IMG/VR virus record: IMGVR_UViG_3300025325_000016
Length of the DNA: 64,000 bases
Strand: one strand, 5' to 3'
Source of the DNA: an uncultured virus (IMG/VR IMGVR_UViG_3300025325_000016)
Taxonomy: Duplodnaviria; Heunggongvirae; Uroviricota; Caudoviricetes
Each line of letters begins with the position of its first letter. The first letter of the stretch is position 1. Both the position numbers and the translations under genes were made by a program. The notes under the pieces were generated by a model. It was not told the DNA's origin, did no database searches, and saw only the letters and a list, made by a program, of their open reading frames with translations. This document shows positions 59,034-64,000 of this stretch, piece by piece.

Positions 59034-62000
59034 GAGCTGTGCTGCCCTCTGTCCAGGACGCTATCCTGGACAATGATACTTACCGGATGCTGGTCGGGGC
59101 TACAGTCTGGCCCTCCCGGATCTTCTTTGACGTTGTTACATCAGACTTCCCGATCGCTGGCGCCGATGCCGTAGGCATAGACGACGATCCTATGCCTCAG
59201 TCCCTGTATTACAGCGCCGCAAACGATCTGGTGGTCACGTTCGTCAATGATGGGGGCACCCTCAAGAGGGCAACCCAGGGCAACAGTAGTCTGACCTCCA
59301 CCGGAATTTCTATCACTGGAAACCCCAGTATATATGAAGGAACCCTCTTCTATATTTCCGGGGGAGCGGTCTACAAACGGACGATAACGGACGGCAGCTA
59401 TGCCTTGAGCGGTGCTACACTCGTCATCACTCCTTCGCTCGATCCTCTGGCAGTGCATGCGGTATCTGCCACAGAGTGTGTGGTGGTGTGCGATGGAGAT
59501 GGCGGCTTGAAGATCGTAGCCTCAGACTCGTCTGAGGGAGAGGGGCGCTTTATGTTCCCTCGCCTGTTTGATTATACAGACGACGACCATCCCCTGCGCA
59601 CCCTGACAAGCATCGCCCTATTCTCGGGTGCGTTCAAGCTCAACAACGACATCTTTTTCTATATCTCCAACAATGCCACCGGAGCAATCGAGGCGATCAA
59701 GCTGGATAACTATACGGGCATTTGGGGAGATATCTGGACTTCGCTGCCCTCAGACATCGATGCAGGACTGGCGGACTTGAGAATAGTGCATGCCTATTCC
59801 CGTAATGGCACAGGCTATCTGGTAACGCAATTCCAGAGGACGGAGACTCTGCAGACCGCATTGACCTACAGCCTGATCCTTACGACTGCAGATGGCAAGT
59901 TCTTCTCGGTCGACCCATTTACTGCAGTCAGCAACCTGGGCTATCGTTTTCACGCAGTGGTCGGTGGGACTAAGCTGTTCCTCGGCAACTGCAACCGGAT
60001 CTGCTACAGCGACGTCACGTATTACTTTGACGGGGCTGAGGGCCTGGGCCTAAGCTTGGAGATCCCCCATACCGACATCATCGAATTTAATGACAGCTCT
60101 ATGACCAGTGGAACCATGCAGATAGCTGCCGGTGATGACTATTATGCTACTCACCCCTACGTCATCGAGGGAAGTCTTATCACCGTCGACGTGGGCTATG
60201 AGACTACGGACGGCCAGGAATACGTAACCTACAACCGGTATATCATCGACAGGATCAGCGTCAACCGCAGGGATGGAAGCCGCTCTTTACAGATGTCCAT
60301 AGTCCACGAAGGGATGTGGAAACTAAACCAGCTCTCCAGCCCGTTCTACATCGAGATATTCGGCAGGTCTGCAGTCGGCGATCAGCTCGAAGAAGAGAGC
60401 GGAAACGTATATACGGCTCCAGATACCCACCAGCTTATCAATAGAATGGCAGTCGATTTTTGGGGGTGCGAGCCTTATTCTAAAGCCTCCGAGAGTATTG
60501 TGGGTGTCGACATTATCAGCTCCGGTGGAGTGAACTACTACGAGGCAGCCGGAGCCCACAAGCTCGGCTTCAGATCGAAGGAACTAAAGGACTTCTACAA
60601 TCTCACGGATAACCCGACCATCATCTCCGGGAGCATAGAGGTAAACATATTCGGGTGGAGCAGAGGATCTCCAGCCGACACTGTTACCCTCATAATTATC
60701 ACCGAGGACGACGACAAGAAAGAATATCTGGACTTGACGAGCGCCGGTTTGTTTCCGGGGGGCGGAGAGAATCCGATAGAAGTAACGGCGACCGGCCTGG
60801 ACACGGAACACAGGCTGAAATATATAGGGCTGGTTTTTGAGTCCTCCGGAGATACTGCTTTTTGTCCCGCCAGAGTGGAGATCATGAGCGGTATCCATGC
60901 CTGGAGATATTACGACGATCCCAATACGCCCTGGTCTCAGCAAAAGCCTAGAGGTATCAAGATGCCTGGATATTACAGGCCATACCTCATGTTCGGGCAG
61001 AAGCCCTATAATGCTCAGAACTTTATTGCCACCGGAAGTTTCAAGACCTCTCTTACTTTTCCAGTAGTAGACAACCCTAGCTACTATCGGGTTGGTGGTG
61101 GCCTGGTCGGGCTGGCGGATAACGGGATGAACTTCGTCCTTGGCTGCTATAACGAACGGATGACCAGGTTCGAGATCGTCAAGGTGAGGGATGGAGTAGA
61201 TACTCTGCTCGCTAGTTGGACTCCAGGTTTTTCAGTTGACGAAGAGTACGAAGTCATGTTCATGCACAAGGATGGCAGGTTCTCTGTATGGGGGATGAAT
61301 GTGGATACCTGGGAAGAGGTCGCTTCTTACGAGTGGACGGATGACGATAGCTGGATGTTCACTTCTAAGACCTCCAGCAAGAAGTGCGGCATTTATGGAC
61401 AGGCAGACACCCCGGCTTTCTATATCATTGCCTATGACTCCGGCGAGAACGATGACGGAAAGATATCCGATGGAGTTGGAGCACTTCCTCCCTGGTATCA
61501 GTTTGACGATTTTCCTGCTAGCGGAGAGGTAATCATCAACGGCTCGATTTATACATACACAGACCTCGCATCTGTGACAGTCCGAGGCCCTTATCAGTAC
61601 CGCCAGAATAACCCGGATTATAGCGAGGGAGCCGGACTAGAGAACAGAGACTACGATGACACCAAGATCGGTGGAGATCTGGCCGGAAGCTTGATCGCCA
61701 TCGATGACGGGGCCTGTTACCTGGTATCCGATACCAATTGGAATCCATACGGGGATGAGAACCGGACACGCTGGATATCTCTCAACGAGATGATCGGCAA
61801 TATCTATCATACCTGTGCTCAAAAGACCTACACTACCGGAGGACTTCATGGGATGGAACAGATCAGCGGGGAGAGGACATCCCATCCTACCGGAAGTATC
61901 TGTATGCAGAGACTCCGAGGAGAGCTCATGTGTCTCTCTTACTTTGGAGTTTCCGGGAGCAGCGATCTCACTGTTGCGAACCTGATCCACCAGGTGGCTT

Positions 62001-63007
62001 CTCTTGCCGGAGCACGAGTGGTCTTCTCGGGAGATACCGTTTCGGCTGCGATGGGCATCAGCGGAGAGACACTGATCGGCTCCTTTAAGAATGTCGAAAG
62101 CTTCGACATCGAGTTTGAGGCGGGAGCAGCCTCCTCGATCGTCCTAAGAACGAACGTGAACCGCCCTGGAACCGACACGAAGGTGGAGGTTCAAATCGAC
62201 GACCTGGGAGGCGGGGATTTTGAGATCGCCCTAGTCTCCACCCCCTCAGATACGATCTTGGGAAAGATAGCCGTAACCGTCGCCGACACCGATCATCGCT
62301 ACCGGATTGTGTTCCACGAGAACTTTGTCTCCATCCATATCGACGATCGTTGGATTTACACCTTCTATACGGAAAGCCTGAGATATCCGAGCACCTGTAG
62401 CATCTGGCTGGATGGCTCCTTTACGGCAACCAACCTGAAACTGGTGGAGCTATGCGACTGGAGAGAGGCCATATATATCGACCTCGAAACCAACGGCATG
62501 AGCGTAGTCCAGGACATCATCCAGGAAAGGCCGGTCGAGATCTACCCTCGCTCGGATGGCTCGATATCTTTCTGGTATGAGATAGTCAGGGATATTGTCA
62601 CTCCCACAAGAGAACCTGGGCAGCACAGCGAGAGTCGGGGTAGGCCCTCGGGCGCTTCGTCGGATGCGATTATCTACGGCTCGAAAGACGCCAAGACCCA
62701 CCAGTACAGCCCGTTCCTGAAGGAGCATGGGTTCAGCACCAAAGTCTATAGGATGCCTAACCTGGATAGCGGTGCAGGCCGAGCGGCCAAGATCCTGCTC
62801 GAACGGCTATTCGAGGAGAGATCCACACACGATTTGACTATTCGCCCGGACGTGAGGCTGGAACCGGGAGATAAGTTCGAGGTCGATTATGTGGCTACCG
62901 GCACCCAGCTTGTCCAGCAAATGACCCTGATCGTTACCGACGTGAGGTTGCATATCGACGATCGCAGCTCATCGATGGGCATTACCGGCAGGGAGGACTA
63001 CACATGA
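59030..63007 (+). CDS. tail tip / baseplate hub protein with beta-rich internal domains
   Basis: 1325 aa after the Dit-like gene; hub-like C-terminus DVRLEPGD. Confidence 0.65.
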   Translation: MRAVLPSVQDAILDNDTYRMLVGATVWPSRIFFDVVTSDFPIAGADAVGIDDDPMPQSLYYSAANDLVVTFVNDGGTLKRATQGNSSLTSTGISITGNPSIYEGTLFYISGGAVYKRTITDGSYALSGATLVITPSLDPLAVHAVSATECVVVCDGDGGLKIVASDSSEGEGRFMFPRLFDYTDDDHPLRTLTSIALFSGAFKLNNDIFFYISNNATGAIEAIKLDNYTGIWGDIWTSLPSDIDAGLADLRIVHAYSRNGTGYLVTQFQRTETLQTALTYSLILTTADGKFFSVDPFTAVSNLGYRFHAVVGGTKLFLGNCNRICYSDVTYYFDGAEGLGLSLEIPHTDIIEFNDSSMTSGTMQIAAGDDYYATHPYVIEGSLITVDVGYETTDGQEYVTYNRYIIDRISVNRRDGSRSLQMSIVHEGMWKLNQLSSPFYIEIFGRSAVGDQLEEESGNVYTAPDTHQLINRMAVDFWGCEPYSKASESIVGVDIISSGGVNYYEAAGAHKLGFRSKELKDFYNLTDNPTIISGSIEVNIFGWSRGSPADTVTLIIITEDDDKKEYLDLTSAGLFPGGGENPIEVTATGLDTEHRLKYIGLVFESSGDTAFCPARVEIMSGIHAWRYYDDPNTPWSQQKPRGIKMPGYYRPYLMFGQKPYNAQNFIATGSFKTSLTFPVVDNPSYYRVGGGLVGLADNGMNFVLGCYNERMTRFEIVKVRDGVDTLLASWTPGFSVDEEYEVMFMHKDGRFSVWGMNVDTWEEVASYEWTDDDSWMFTSKTSSKKCGIYGQADTPAFYIIAYDSGENDDGKISDGVGALPPWYQFDDFPASGEVIINGSIYTYTDLASVTVRGPYQYRQNNPDYSEGAGLENRDYDDTKIGGDLAGSLIAIDDGACYLVSDTNWNPYGDENRTRWISLNEMIGNIYHTCAQKTYTTGGLHGMEQISGERTSHPTGSICMQRLRGELMCLSYFGVSGSSDLTVANLIHQVASLAGARVVFSGDTVSAAMGISGETLIGSFKNVESFDIEFEAGAASSIVLRTNVNRPGTDTKVEVQIDDLGGGDFEIALVSTPSDTILGKIAVTVADTDHRYRIVFHENFVSIHIDDRWIYTFYTESLRYPSTCSIWLDGSFTATNLKLVELCDWREAIYIDLETNGMSVVQDIIQERPVEIYPRSDGSISFWYEIVRDIVTPTREPGQHSESRGRPSGASSDAIIYGSKDAKTHQYSPFLKEHGFSTKVYRMPNLDSGAGRAAKILLERLFEERSTHDLTIRPDVRLEPGDKFEVDYVATGTQLVQQMTLIVTDVRLHIDDRSSSMGITGREDYT
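59521..59536. repeat. dispersed palindrome copy CTCAGAC-TC-GTCTGAG
   Basis: Read directly; intragenic. Confidence 0.95.
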
Positions 63008-63633
63008 GCCTGCGTAATACCGTAAGAAGGTCGGCACGCCAGGGCCGTCAGATGCGGGCCATCATCACGGACGTGCACGGCAGCAGGGCAGATGCCAGGC
63101 TATCCGAGAACGGGGCGATCGTCCATAATCTCCCGGTTATTGGTGGGCCGGTGAGGATGAACCAGCCGGTATTCGTGGACTACACCACCGACGGCCCAAC
63201 GATTGTCGCCTTTACCAATCTGGATAGTGTTCCACTTGAGCAAATTGGCGAACTAGCTCCTCTAACACTCAAGGGTGGCGGAGGTAGTGTAGGAGTATCA
63301 TCTCATCAGTATATCCTTGAGATACCAGGTAATTTCACAATTGGCACGCAACTACTTCGAGCCTACAATCGCTTTGGGGTTTCTTACACCACTCTGGAAG
63401 CACATCTATCCGTGAGCCTTGCTATTACTGGTTCAGATCTAATCGTCGATGTAAACAAGAACGGGATAACCATCTTCACAAACCAGGCAAACCGTCCTCG
63501 GATTCTCGTAGGGCAATATACAGGACTTTCCACAGCTATTAGCGTAACATCCTTTGATCACGGCGACTACTTTACGATTGCGGTAGAACAGGGTAGTGGA
63601 ACCAACCTCGCCGTAGCTGTCTTGGTGGGCTGA
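63004..63633 (+). CDS. minor tail protein
   Basis: OB-like N-terminus, GGGG linker, beta-sandwich C-terminus; in the tail module. Confidence 0.55.
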   Translation: MSLRNTVRRSARQGRQMRAIITDVHGSRADARLSENGAIVHNLPVIGGPVRMNQPVFVDYTTDGPTIVAFTNLDSVPLEQIGELAPLTLKGGGGSVGVSSHQYILEIPGNFTIGTQLLRAYNRFGVSYTTLEAHLSVSLAITGSDLIVDVNKNGITIFTNQANRPRILVGQYTGLSTAISVTSFDHGDYFTIAVEQGSGTNLAVAVLVG

Positions 63634-63637
63634 TACG

Positions 63638-64000
63638 ATGCCAGATCCTTACTCGAATCCACGATATTCCCAGGCTTTCTCCAGCACATATAATGGCATG
63701 AATGTATATGGGTTGCAGGTGATCCCATTACCCCCAGATCCAGTTGCTTATTCAAAGGGGCCGCCAGCAGGAGCATACCCGCTCACTTTAACAACTGGGT
63801 TTATTACCAGTACATACAACGTAAGTAGTTCTGGTTCCTCCTATGTTAGCAATTGCGGGTTATTGAAAGACGAAAACGACCATTTCTGGTACGTTCAGGT
63901 TTATAGAAGTTCTGGAGCTCCCGCTCCGTGGATCTATGTAGATGAGTGGGATGATATAAACTCGGTTCGTGTTTATCACGAAATTACTTTACCCGTCGAA
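63638..64000 (+). CDS. probable tail fibre / receptor-binding protein (truncated by window)
   Basis: Open frame from ATG 63638 (MPDPYSNPRYSQAF...) to the window end; lower GC. Confidence 0.5.
   Translation, partial: MPDPYSNPRYSQAFSSTYNGMNVYGLQVIPLPPDPVAYSKGPPAGAYPLTLTTGFITSTYNVSSSGSSYVSNCGLLKDENDHFWYVQVYRSSGAPAPWIYVDEWDDINSVRVYHEITLPVE

Noticed and set aside
6477..59536. Palindromes as a CRISPR array, REP/IS200-605 ends or canonical parS
   Set aside because: Copies are kilobases apart with no spacer array. There is no cas or HUH transposase gene, and the sequence does not match the chromosomal parS consensus TGTTNCACGTGAAACA.
1..64000. tRNA genes, integrase/att site, lysis cassette, reverse transcriptase/DGR, alternative genetic code
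   Set aside because: None recognised by eye, and ORFs tile well under the standard code. tRNAscan was not run, and these features may lie outside the window.

Overview
This window is 64 kb of a tailed dsDNA phage genome, probably a siphovirus. I cannot determine the host from the sequence. Two arms diverge at about 34.8 kb. The minus arm (1-34.7 kb) is densely packed with small unknown ORFs. It also encodes a DnaB-like helicase, a DnaC-like loader, a Sak4-like AAA protein, SSB, a RecU-like resolvase, a ParB protein, a Spo11/TopoVI-A-like TOPRIM protein, an amino-type DNA methyltransferase, and vWA and J-domain proteins. The plus arm (34.9-64 kb) is the virion operon: TerL, portal, scaffold, major capsid, neck, tail tube, an inserted 5-gene glycosyl/methyltransferase cassette, frameshifting tail chaperones, a 3641-aa tape-measure protein and tail-tip genes. 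Four observations stand out. (1) The giant tape-measure protein has N-terminal motifs of a two-barrel RNA polymerase (K524/K531, RxP, DFDLD) followed by a PD-(D/E)xK nuclease domain, suggesting an injected RNAP+nuclease polyprotein. (2) The palindrome CTCAGAC-N1-2-GTCTGAG occurs 12 times exactly, plus degenerate copies. It lies inside genes in different frames and in or beside sigma70 promoters, about 6 kb apart across the virion arm, and the genome encodes an orphan ParB. (3) The first genes of the minus arm carry structured non-coding elements: a multi-stem RNA candidate and co-varying hairpins with the Shine-Dalgarno in the loop. (4) A putative virion-glycosylation cassette splits the tail operon. 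All protein calls come from motifs recognised by eye and gene order; no database search was run.
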